Part shown: in pieces, positions 1-10,948 of the stretch | Position numbering within the stretch: the stretch's first letter is position 1 | Layout: every line of letters starts with the position of its first letter | Source: Penicillus capitatus | Lineage: Eukaryota; Plantae; Chlorophyta | Direction of reading: 5' to 3' | DNA: 64,000 nt | Assembly (NCBI GenBank): GCA_965649825.1 | Contig: OZ287697.1 | Coordinates: forward strand, 1,660,351 to 1,724,350 | Made by a program: the position numbers and the translations under genes | The notes under the pieces: model-generated | Told to the model about the DNA's origin: nothing | What the model saw: only the letters and a program-made list of their open reading frames with translations | The model's database searches: none

Positions 1-813
1 ATATCTGATGAAAAGTGTGAGAGACATTGCCAACGCGAGCAACTGAATCTGGCAGAGACGAAGCAGGCACTTGCATGGCTCGCCGATTTTCACGTCGCCT
101 TCCTGGGCGTCACCGATCCGCACGTCTGGGATCGCGGCGCCTATTGGTCACTCGAGAAGCGCCAGAAAGAGTGGGAACAGATGCAGGAGGAGTGGTCACG
201 CACCTGTCGCAGTTTCGAGTGCGACTATCCATCGACCTTCAGCCAAGAGAGCGTCCGAGCATTGGCCGGGAACCTGGAAGCGGCAGCCGAGAGACTCCAC
301 GCAGATCTGGAGCCATCGACGACAAAGCTGCAGACAATGGTCCATGGCGATTTCAAAACGGCCAATCTCTTTTTTCTCTCCCAGGGCGTCGCCGTGTGCG
401 ACTTTCAGTGGACGGGACCCGGTCTTGGCGTCCTGGACGTGATCTACCTCCTCTACTCCTCTGTCCAACCGAGTGTCGTTTTTAACAGAGAACAGGATCT
501 GTTGTCCTTTAACTATGAGAGATTTGCAGAGAGAGCGCGTGAGAAGGGACTGGATGTTAAGCGTGTCTATCCCTGGAGTGATTTCAAGCGACACGCAGAG
601 ACAGCTTTTTTGGACTTTGTTCGATTTTCGATCGGATCGATGTGGGGATCCGTTACGCCCAAGAGCCACGAACGTATGAGCTCGACGATCAACCTCGGAA
701 TGCATCGACGCAATCCGGAATTTTTGGTGGGAATGGTGAAGAAGGCCGTGGCGCTGCTGTCGGTGTACACTCAGAAGCAGAGCCCTCGGCGTTTCCTCTC
801 GCCGCATTTCTGA
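1..813 (+). CDS. Ecdysteroid-kinase-like / choline-kinase-like (EcKL/APH superfamily) protein, 5'-truncated by the window edge
   Basis: Frame +1 is open from base 1 (…QALAWLADFH…) through ORF 181..813. It has the Brenner-type motif HGDFKTANLFF and the DFQWTGPG metal-binding motif typical of EcKL/CHK kinases. Confidence 0.8.
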   Translation: MSDEKCERHCQREQLNLAETKQALAWLADFHVAFLGVTDPHVWDRGAYWSLEKRQKEWEQMQEEWSRTCRSFECDYPSTFSQESVRALAGNLEAAAERLHADLEPSTTKLQTMVHGDFKTANLFFLSQGVAVCDFQWTGPGLGVLDVIYLLYSSVQPSVVFNREQDLLSFNYERFAERAREKGLDVKRVYPWSDFKRHAETAFLDFVRFSIGSMWGSVTPKSHERMSSTINLGMHRRNPEFLVGMVKKAVALLSVYTQKQSPRRFLSPHF

Positions 814-862
814 TTTTTTTCGCCTCGGGAGTCGCACCCGAGAAGCCGATCGTATGTGGATG

Positions 863-2487
863 TCACATGTCTTTAAAGATATTGTTGTAAAATCGAAGGC
901 CGCCTGGTCCGTCGTCTCGACACAGAATCCCTCGCCTCTCTGCCAACAGCAGGTGCTCCTGGGCAATGGTGAGCGGCACACGGAGTGAGGTGGCGATGTC
1001 GATGGGGGATAAGGGACGACTCAAGGCACCGGCCGCCGTTTGCACCATGGCGGCGATTCGATCGCAGACGGCCGTTTCGTCATGAGCCGCCGACTGAATG
1101 ACGCGAACGCCACTCGTAAAGGTCCGCACGGAGAGCGGGATCTTGAGCTTGGGAAAGAGACGGGCCGCTTGAAGCAGGTCGTCCGGCGAAACGAGCTCGG
1201 CGGCGCCTCTGGCTCGGTTGTAGAGGGAGTAGATGTCGAGTAGGGTCATCACGCCGCCCTGCTCTTCCAGACGCGACTCGAGAAAATCGGCGAGCTGGCG
1301 GCAGAGCTGATCGTGATACAGATTCCCGGCAGCTTCTTTCGTCACCGGACTGGTAATGCCCATGCTGATGAGTTCACGGATGGTGTCCTGTTCGGCATCG
1401 GCCTCTTCATCGGAGGCGGTATCCCCGTCGCCGCCGAAACTGGCATAAAACCGATCGGCCAGTTTTACCATCTCCTCCGCTTTGGACATCAACGAATTGA
1501 GATCCTGAAAGGCGTCGTCGAGCGCTCTGCAGAAGCTGGCGTTATATGAGGACGTGTAGAAAGGATGGGGGACTTTGTTGTTTGTTTCTGTTTTTCTTCT
1601 TCGCGTTTGAAGATGTCGCCCAGACCGGATTTGATAATCTTGCGCCGGCCTTCGGTGGTTTCGGTCTCGTTCAGTGGGGCGTCGGCCGAAGTGTCGTGCT
1701 GAAAAGCAATCGCCCAGTCCATCGCTTTTGGCACCGATCGATTCGCCGTTGCCATCAGCGCCCGTATCGCGCGATTCCGTCCGAATCCCATTTCGATCAA
1801 TTGCTGGACGTTGTTGGGATCGACGCCTTTTGGCAGATCTTCTGCGACGGCGGCTGGAGTGGCGGCGCTCTTCCATTTCTCCTCTGCCATTGCCTTTGTC
1901 AAATTCTCGGCGAAGATCGGAGGGATGCCGCTGCGAAACGACAGCCCAATGAACGTCATGCGCGCCGCATCAATGCCGCCTGTCACATCATCACCTCTCG
2001 TCTCACACATCATCCATGCCGTCACATCACGCACCTGGGGCTGGCCTTCGGTCCAGCGTCACGAAAACCTGCAGTTTGACCTTCTGACTCTTCAGATTCA
2101 ATCGAGCGGCGACAGAGGATGCGACTTCCCAGGTATTGACAGCGGCGAGTGGGATCCAGCACGAGCATCCTGGCAGGGGAGCCGTCGCAGCGTCGATCCA
2201 TAACACGCGATGCGACGTCAATACCATACTCCCATTCTACATCTCACTCTATCTCACACATTTCGTCATATGACGCAATACAGCGAGCACTTCATATTTT
2301 TCAGCAGGGGCGGATGGGATGCCTCCTTTGCCGCCGTAAAACTTCAAGTCCACCTAAAAGGATGACGATAGGGTATGACGCGCTAAGACTGCGCCGAACG
2401 CACCGGACTCGCGATACAGCGCTCGACTTCATTGTCTAACAGAACGGCTCGGCCACTCGGACGCAGAGACAGAGCCTCGAGCAACAT
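863..2487 (-). CDS. VPS36: ESCRT-II subunit VPS36 (GLUE domain + inserted UBA domain + EAP30/winged-helix C-terminus), multi-exon
   Basis: Exon 1 from ATG 2487 reads MLLEALSLRPSGRAVLLDNEVER; GLUE exon reads NGSMVLTSHRVLWID; C-terminal exon reads LDDAFQDLNSLMSKAEEMV…MGITSPVTK…LYNRARGAAELVSPDDL. A UBA-like segment VDPNNVQQLIEMGFGRNRAIRAL…AMDW lies at about 1698-1824. Confidence 0.9.
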
Positions 2488-2495
2488 TCACAAGG

Positions 2496-5400
2496 ATGAC
2501 GGTAACGATGACAGCATCTTACGCATCCGACCCATCATTTGCGCTCAACATGCGTCACGAGGTTGCTGCTACCCAAGGGACGACACCCAACGCCATTCGC
2601 CGCCTCGCGATCTCGCCGATACGGTAAGGCGCCTCTCCGTGTTCCCACGTCGCAGGCGATGCGCGCAGAGATAGACTGAGAGGGACGCGTCCACGGATGG
2701 TGAAGGTAACCCTAGCACCACGCGCTGTGCCCACTCCTTCCGAGTAACCCCTGAGTAAAAGAGTGAGAATGTGTGACCGTCTGGATGCAGTGTCTTGTCG
2801 TCTATCGTGGATGATGTGGGACGGCAGTTGCCTGGACCGATGATCGATCTGAAAGACATCCTGCCACAAGGTGTGACATTTCCTGAGGAAAAGAGTGAGA
2901 AATGTGTACGTAATACAGAAGTGGCGGATGCGTCGATGTTGGTGACCGATAGGCTGCGTTCTCTGGCTGCGCCGGTACCCGGAGCTGCCGAGGCATTGGG
3001 TCACGGATTCGGTTCCCGCCTGGCCCGGGAGTTTCTCGATGGGTTTACGCATCTCTATGAGAACGGCGAGTTTTCGACGGCGCGTTTGGCCGAGGCTGTG
3101 CGTTCGTTGCAGAAAACGGTCGACATTCTCTTCCCCGATGCGTTCGGCCGAGAGCTGCAGGAATCGATGGGGGAGATCTGGACGATGCTGAGAGTGATCG
3201 GGGAGGTTCTCCACCGTGACGAAGGCAGGATGCTCGCAACGGCGACCTCCAGCTTTGTCGGCGCCTGGCTGGCCGTGCTCTTCCTGACAGCCCTCTTTCG
3301 AAAAGACACTTCGCCGACAGATCTGAACGCAGCAGAATACGAAGTGCCGAAAGAATACAGCCCGGAGGCACTCGATCGATACTTCGCCAATCGTCAGTTT
3401 TTTGTCTGGACACGATGCCTTTCCGTTTTCTCGGCCTTTGGCGGATTCTATCTGGGCATCCAACTCGACCGGGCAACAGGAAAACTCAAAGTGACGACCA
3501 TCAGCGCACGTCACATCACGCAGAGCATCGTGCTGTAGGAGAACGAAGGCATTCGAGCGGTGCAGCTGCGCAATATTATCGAGAAATTGGGCCCGACGTA
3601 CATCAAAGTCGCCCAGTCCATATCGACACGTGTCGATATTCTCTCCGAGAAATACTTTGAAGAGATCGAGCGTTTGCAGGACCGTGTGCCGCCGTTCAGT
3701 TCTGAAGAGGCCTATGGACTGATCGAGCTCGAACTGGGCTGCAAGATCGATGACGTCTTTCAGCGACTCACCCCGACGACCGTCGCCTCGGCGTCGTTGG
3801 GTCAAGTTTACCGTGGCCTCCTGCGCGAGGCATACGGCGGAGGGGAAGTTGCCGTGAAGGTACAGAGACCGAATGTTCTGAGCCAAGTCGCACTGGATCT
3901 CTACGTCGCCCGTTTGCTCGCGATCTACGTCTTTCCCAAAATTCAAAAAGTGCGCCGCCAGGCAAAAGAGTGAGATAAAAAGTGTGATGTAGACCAGGAC
4001 GAATTACTTGGGCTTAGTGGACGAATACGCCGTTCGCTTTTTCCAGGAGATGGATTACGAACAGGAGGCAGCGAACGGCGCGCTCTTCCGTGAACAGATG
4101 GCCTCGATCGACGGCATCGTCGTCCCCCGTTACTACACAAATCTCACCACGCGCAAGATCCTCACCTCCGAATGGATCCAAGGTCGATGGCGGCGCTGGA
4201 TTCGGTTGTCGACCCGTTTGTGTCTGTATAGGTGAGAAATTGAGTGAGAGCAGCGCACCGGATGTACGTGAGCTGTGCAATACATTATTGAATGTCTATT
4301 TGGTTCAGTTGCTGGATACAGGCTTCCTCCACGCCGATCCTCATCCAGGCAATCTCATTCGAACCCCTGAGGGCAAGATCTGCATCATCGATTTCGGACT
4401 GATGACCAACGTCAGCAAAACACAACGCGACAATCTCGTCGAGTACATCGCGAATTTGACGACCATGAACTGGAAAGGCGTCGCCTATTCGCTCAAAGCT
4501 CTGGGCTTCATCGACGCCAACAGTCCAGATCCGGTCGAGATGGGACTGGTCGAGCCACTGGAGGTCATCTTCAGTCAAATCGTCCAAGGCGGCGGCGCCC
4601 AGGCGCTGAAGGAGAGAATCGAACAGAGTCCTCGACTCGATCAGGTCCGCGCCCAGCTGGACGAACTCTCCGCCGACTTTCCCTTCGCCGTGCCTACCTT
4701 CTTCACCCTCATCCTGCGTTCCTTCTCTGTCATCGAAGGCATCGCCCTGGGCGTCGATCCAAGCTACTCCATCGTGATGGAGTGCTTTCCCTACATCTCC
4801 CGTCGGATCCTCACCGACGACGACCCACGTATGCACCAGATTCTGAAGGGCGTGCTCTATGGGAACAAGAAGCATCTGGATATCGACCGGATCGAAAGAG
4901 TGACGAAGGCGCTGAGAGAATTCACCGTTGCCGGATTGCCCGGAAGCCAACCGGCAGCACCCGATGCCAATGGACCCGTCATCAACGCCACCATCCGTGA
5001 AGCGCTGGAGGTGCTCTTTTCCCCAAAGGGATCGTACATTCAGGACTTGCTCATCGAAGAGATGGTCGCTGCGACGGATGCGCTATCACGCGAGGCGCTG
5101 TCGCGATTGGCCGGCGCCTATATGGGCAGCATTCCGGCGACGCTCTCGCTGCGTACCCTCGAAGCGTTGGGACCTTTCCGTACCGTTCTCTTTCCTTTCC
5201 TCACCCCTACCGAGATCGTGGAGCGACTGCAGCCGGCCTTCTCGGTCACACAGGAGGACGAAGAGGCGCTCAATACTGTCCGTGGTATCATGCGTCTCGT
5301 TATGGAGCTCGATGTGCTGTCCACTTCGCTGCAGCAGCAACAGCCCAGTGTCAATGCTGCCCTCTCCCGAGCCGCGACGGAATTGGCCCCTATCATCCCA

Positions 5401-5538
5401 GACCTCCTTCCGGGCGTGGCACGTATTACGGAACTGTTCGTGCGCAAACTGGCCTCCCGTGTGATCACCCGTGTGGCGGACGCTCTGGACGGATCCTCCC
5501 CTTCGGAATACTCCACTTCTATGCAAGCCCTCGAATGA
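2496..5538 (+). CDS. ABC1K: ABC1/UbiB atypical kinase (plastid ABC1K family), multi-exon; start codon uncertain (2496, 2508, 2550 or 2697)
   Basis: Motifs LGPTYIKVAQ, LQDRVPPF, VASASLGQVYRG, VAVKVQRP, EMDYEQEA, GFLHADPHPGNL and IDFGL occur across ORFs 2795..3538, 3560..3973, 4008..4235 and 4090..5538, joined by GT-AG introns. A splice model (45-nt intron near 2625-2669, 47-nt intron 2744-2790) extends the frame to upstream ATGs. Confidence 0.9.
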
Positions 5539-5679
5539 ATTCTTTTGATTGGATGTCGGCGGCGGATTCCTTGCTTAACAGTACTTTATTGGATGATTCT
5601 TTGTACGAAATGATGTGACGTTTGTAGCGTCGTTGGGTTCGTGCATACGATCGTTGCGAGGAGGAAGGTGCCACTCGTG

Positions 5680-7018
5680 ATGCATTCTTTCGCCACACGT
5701 GCGATTTTCGTGACGCCATCGGCTCGCGCCTCGAAGCCGTTTCGTCCCTCGCGTGGCACTTCGCGACACGACCCTCGCAAAAACACCACCAGTTTAACGA
5801 CACGTACCTAACCGACCTCCTTCCACTTCCTCCCTCCCTTCACAGCTACCACAGGAGAGTTGCGACGTCGACATCAGGGGACTTCTGCGTCGCAAGGAGT
5901 GACCGAACTCGAAGAAGGCGGTGGATCGGGTGGAGGCAAAGACGCAGATAAGAAATGGACAGGCGGCGACGGAGAGGACGGTAAGATGGATAAAAGAGTG
6001 AGAGGTGTGACCAATGGTGCCGTCTGGCTTATGTACTAGAGGGTTCTAACCGTAAGATGGATCCCGCCATCACGGCGATCTTGGCCGAAGCGGGACGCTC
6101 CGTCGATTCCTTCCCTGCCGATTTCGCCGCGGCACTGAAGAAGGGAAAAGTGTCGACGACGATTCTGAAGCGGTATATCGCGATGGAGCAGAATTTTCTG
6201 TTGCGTTTGCTCTTTGGCGTGGCGGGATTCCGCGAACGACTGCTCGCCGATCCGGGGTTCCTTTTCAAAGTGTCCGTGGAATGTGGCATCGGTATCTGCA
6301 CCAAAACGGGAGCGGAGTACACCAAAAGGCAGGAGAATTTCTGGAAGGAGCTGGATTTCGTCACGGCGAATGTGATCATGGCCATCTTGGCAGATTTCAT
6401 GCTTGTATGGCTCCCAGCCCCGACGCTCGTCTACAATCGCTCCGTCACCAGCAACGGCGGCTTGCTGCCGTGGTTTCAGAAATGCCCGGACAATGCCTTT
6501 CAGGCAAGACGTCGTGTTTGGTCGTCAAAAGTGTGACCGTGATGTGACAGGTGGTACAGAAAGGCACGCAGCCGTTCTCACTCATGCAGCGTTTTGGATC
6601 TGTCATGCGTAATGGATCGAAGCTCTTTGGCGTGGGCGTCGTGTGCAGTTTCATCGGCGTCGCCAGTACCAACACACTTCTCACTCTTCGATCGAAACTG
6701 GATCCTTCGTTTCATCAGCAGCATCCGCCGCAAGACGTTTGGGCCATGGCTCTTGGATACGGCGCCTATATGGCCTCCTCTTCCAATCTCCGATATCAGA
6801 TCGTCGCTGGCGTCATCGAAGAACGCGGCATCGAAGTGCTCTTCCGTAAACAACGTCAGGTCATCAGCGCCTTGTCTCTTCTCATTCGGACGGGCAATAC
6901 GTTTGTCGGATCGCTCCTCTGGGTCGATTTCTGTCGCCTCACCGGGCTGCAGAAATCGAAACCGCAAGAGGCGGCGCCGCCAGTTGAGACGCCCGTCACA
7001 TCAAAGAAGAAAAGATAA
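5680..7018 (+). CDS. RER: RETICULATA-related plastid envelope protein (DUF3411), multi-exon
   Basis: Transit-peptide-like start MHSFATRAIFVTPSARASKPFRPSR, then a Gly-rich linker GGGSGGGK…GGDGED. Core reads GFRERLLADPGFLFKV…ELDFV…ADFMLVWLPAP and PDNAFQ/VVQKG…SSNLRYQ, all typical of DUF3411. Confidence 0.9.
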
Positions 7019-7052
7019 AAGAGTGAGAAAGGAATGGTTTTTAACAGCGTTT

Positions 7053-7855
7053 TTAGATTTGCGCACCCAATTCTCGCACGTAATTCAAGACCTTCTCCGG
7101 ACGACCCGAACACATGATCTGACCGTCGTCCATGTACGTCACGGTGTCTGCGTATTTGAATTCCTCAAATCTACAACAAGACGGTTAGACATTGGACTTC
7201 TCACTCTTTCTTTAGGACCGACCTATGTGTGACCCAAAGAGCTGTCACATCACGATCGGATGCGACGACATTGCGCACGCTCTGTACGACACGTTCCTGA
7301 TCGGCTTCATCGATGAAGGTCGTCAACTCGTCCAGCAGCAGAAGCTTCGGCTGACTGACTAACGCCCCGGCAATCGCCACGCGTTGCTTCTGACCTGCGA
7401 CTTTGATAGGGCACGCATCCGTCACATCACAGGAGATGACCTCCGGAGAGTGTACTGATCGGAGCGTCGTAGTAATCGATCATATCGACCGATCGCAGCG
7501 CCGAGGCGACGAGATCGCGAACGTCGCTCTCATCGCGTTGACGTCCTCCGAGTGCGAAAGCGACGTCCGCCGCCACCGTGGGCATGATGACTTGGTGATC
7601 GGGATTCTGCAGAACGAATCCGATCGGCGAGACGCTCCGCACGACGCCGCTTTCTGGGCGATGCAATCCGGCGAGCAATTTCAGAAGCGTCGATTTGCCG
7701 CAGCCGTTGGGCCCGGCGAGAAAATGGAGCTGGCGCGGATAGAGATCCATATGAATACGTTTCAACGCGGGCTTCGCCGTACGACCCCGACGAAAGGAAA
7801 GCGAGACGTTGCGAAGCGAGACAGCTGGTCCATCACTGTGCGTCAAAGAATTCAT
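7053..7855 (-). CDS. ABCI10: ABC transporter I-family ATPase (ABCI10/NAP13, EcfA/CbiO-like), 3 exons
   Basis: Walker A GPNGCGKST, Q-loop FVLQNPDHQVIMPTVAADVAF, signature LSGG|QKQRVAIAGAL, Walker B LLLLDELTTFID and H-loop LWVTHR. The last exon ends …ELGAQI* with TAA at 7053-7055. Confidence 0.85.
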
Positions 7856-7864
7856 GAAGTGCCG

Positions 7865-10484
7865 TCAGCGAAACAGCGCCGTGCAAATCTTGCGCGCGCG
7901 TTGGAGTCCAATGCGACGACTTCTGCCGATGATGCGAGTGTCGGCGAGCGTCTGCGTCAAGATCTTCGTTCCGACTTCGGCGTGTTTTCGATAGAGGGAC
8001 TGCGGCGTGGGGAAGTACTTGCAGATAGCGAGGGCGGTATCCGGTCCGATACCTTCAGAATCGCTAACCGTCGTGGTATGGAGGGCACTGGACATGCGCC
8101 TACCTGGAATGCGTGTCAGCATCAGGCCCCATACTTTACGGTGTGTTAGCTGATGTAGACCGACGAGATGCTTTTCTAGAACGCTCATACGCTGGGCGGC
8201 GGTGCCGAGTGCACTGGAGGAACAGAGCGAGTGATGGAGTAAAGTGTGAGATCACACTTTCGCACTTGGCGTATGGATTGTCGAGGCGTTGCTTAAGCGC
8301 GGCAGTGAGATTCGCATAGAACTGCAGCGTCTCTCGGTAGTTCTTCGTCCGGACGACCCGGAATCCATCCAACGCCTCTGTCGCCACCGTTGCCGTGCGT
8401 ACGGCTTGGCCTACGGGACGATGCTCGGCGACCGAGGGTTGGTCACACGGAAGACGTCTTACTGCGTTCGACGGTGCTCGGATCGCCTTCGACTAGGTAG
8501 ACGATGTTGGCGATGCGACATCTTCGCAGCCAGTACTTCTGCTGCTCGTAACGTCGATCGATGATGGACGCCGCCAGATCGTCGACGCGTTTTCGCTCCA
8601 CGATCCAATCCAGAACGTACTCTTCGCCTCTGAAAAGACGTGCAGTACTTAAGGCACGAGAGCGAAGCGTGCGGGTCATGACCCATCGGGAAAGGACGGT
8701 CTCTTGCGGGCGATCCACAGCGCATCGCCGAGCGGAAGCTGTCGAACAGTGACGGTGACGCCGAGATCTCGCAGCAGCGTCATATGCGATTCCAGAGAAT
8801 CTGCGCCACAAAGGCATTGGACGGATTCTGACGGAAGGCACCGGACGTGGTCGTCGTGTACGATCGTTCTGCCCTTGTTGTCTGGCGAACTGTTCCCGGT
8901 GATCGATTACGAGAATGAGCTACAGCACCGTCCATGATTTTGCCGTTTCTACGATCTTGGGCACCCACCTCAAATTCGTCATCGAAATTGGCACACGGAT
9001 CGGTGTAGGGTAGCACCGCCACCGTCGTCTCGCGGATAGCCACGTGCTCATGATGAAAGATCTTCCTAAGCAACAAACGCTCGATCTGGCTGAGCCTATC
9101 GCCAAAGAGACGACCGAATACGCTCCGTGGCCGCTGGATCGACGGTTTCTGCCACCTGGTCGAAATCGACCGAGGTGCCTCCGACAAGGGAACCGGATGG
9201 CGGTATGGTCTGAGGCTCCTCCGCTGCTTCTTTAGGTTTCATCCGCCCGCTCTCAAGCGCGTGTTCCCGTAGACGCTTCGCCAGTTCAATGCCACTGGGA
9301 GTCAGCGTGACCTTCTTCGGCCGGCCAAAGATCTCGACCAGTGGCGGCGTCTGCCTGAGCAATGTCTGCATAGGTCACACATACATCACACATCTCGGTC
9401 GATATCGATGGCCGTCTGTACTGTCGTGCAGCTCCATGCGGTATAGGAGAGCATCTGCTGCGAAACGACGTCGAACTCTTTGCGCCGCCGGGTGACGAGC
9501 GAATCGTTGCCGTAGACGCAGGAATCGCACAGGCCACTCTTTTCCGTCCGAGCCATCAGTTCGTGCTTGGAAATAAACTTCTCGTCGTTTTCCGCCGCCT
9601 AGACGCCGCCAAGAGTGACATCGATGACCGACCGATCGATGGCCAACCTCGAGGAGGACGATCAGAAAGGCATAGTTCGAGGTGCCTGGCGGCGGGACGT
9701 ACTCCTTCTTGGACTTCGCCTTACGTGACGGCTTTCTTTCGCTGCCCGCCCTCGGCTCCTTCGCTGCTCCAGTGGCGGCTGCGTTCGGCTCTTGCTCCTC
9801 CTGATCGCGGCAGCAGACTAAGTCACACATTCAGTGGCGATCCCGTCACCTGCGGAGGCATCTCCGGCGGATGCAGTCTCCACAGATGCTCCACGACGAT
9901 CTTGTTCAGAAACAGGCCAATTCGGATGAGGCGTCGTGCGCAGTGGCGTGTACTTTGCTCAAGAATGGGCCGATGTTTCTGAGGCGGTGTAGATGATCGA
10001 TCGTGAGAACGGGTTCCTTTGCGTTGATGATAGATCTCAGTGCTTTGGAGTAGACATTGTGAGCGCGACCAGTGTTTCCCTGTTGCTCTGTGAGCAGCCT
10101 AGGGTAGGGCAGAGATGGAGGGGTGACGGATAGGAATGGAGTATCAGACCAGAAGAAGACCGCGAGAAGACGGTTGGCGTCGCAGCTCACGTGAAGGCGT
10201 TTCCATTTCTTGTCGCCGGAGGTGAGGGCAGTGAAAGCGTCTTCTGCGAGACGGTCGCTCATCGGAAGGATTTGGTGCGGCCAGATAGATGTCTGCAAGT
10301 GAACGTACAAACAGACCTGACGGTTAAACGCAGGTTGCGTCGCATGTCGCGTCAGAGTACTGAGGTGTTCAGCGCGATCTTGAGTAAGTGGCGGCGCAGA
10401 CCGTTTTCTTTTTCGATAGCTTCGAATCCCTACTCCCTGGTTATTTTCTGAAACGTTGATAACGTCTGGCAGTCGCAGACGCAT
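7865..10484 (-). CDS. MUS81: Crossover-junction endonuclease MUS81, multi-exon; exact start uncertain
   Basis: N-terminal HhH region (YSKALRSI…LRNIGPFLSK), winged-helix region (EYVPPPGTSNYAFLIVL; LTPSGIELAKRL), ERCC4 nuclease motif IVERKRVDDLAASIIDRRYEQQKYWL…YLVEGD and C-terminal tandem HhH (LTRIP|GIGPDTALAI…FPTPQSL…RRIG). Confidence 0.9.
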
Positions 10485-10948
10485 GTATATATGTTTGTTT
10501 CATCGAGATATTCAGAGCAGCTAAGGACATTAAAGCGCAAATGTAACCGACAGAATTTTGTCTTGTTGCCAAGTCTGTAAGTGAGTGATCGGCTTCAATG
10601 TTTGTGTCGTCAGAGGGATTGTCCCGTTAGAGTCTCAGCATGTGCAATGATTCTGTAAGGCTTGTAAGTTTGGTAGCGATCCATGATACCTAGATTCGCA
10701 GTCCGAGTCGTAGATGATCATTTCTTCGATAGCGACGGGAGCAGCACAACATTTTTTGTCAGGTCAAAATAACAACAATTGTCATGCCCGAAGAGTGATA
10801 CTCGATCATCTCTTCACGACAGCCCTCGCAAACAAAGATACAACATAATAACACGGGAAGCTACGAGGATGTAAAGTTCGTTATGAGTGAGAAATGTTTC
10901 CACTCAGCTTGAAATAAAAAGAATGTAGAACGGACAAAAACAAAAAGT

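Noticed and set aside
2555-3946. Long antisense or alternative-frame ORFs (e.g. 2555..3946-, 7403..8149+, 35659..36546+, 38888..40036+, 41817..43199-)
   Set aside because: These are shadows of real genes in GC-rich coding DNA and show no recognisable motifs.
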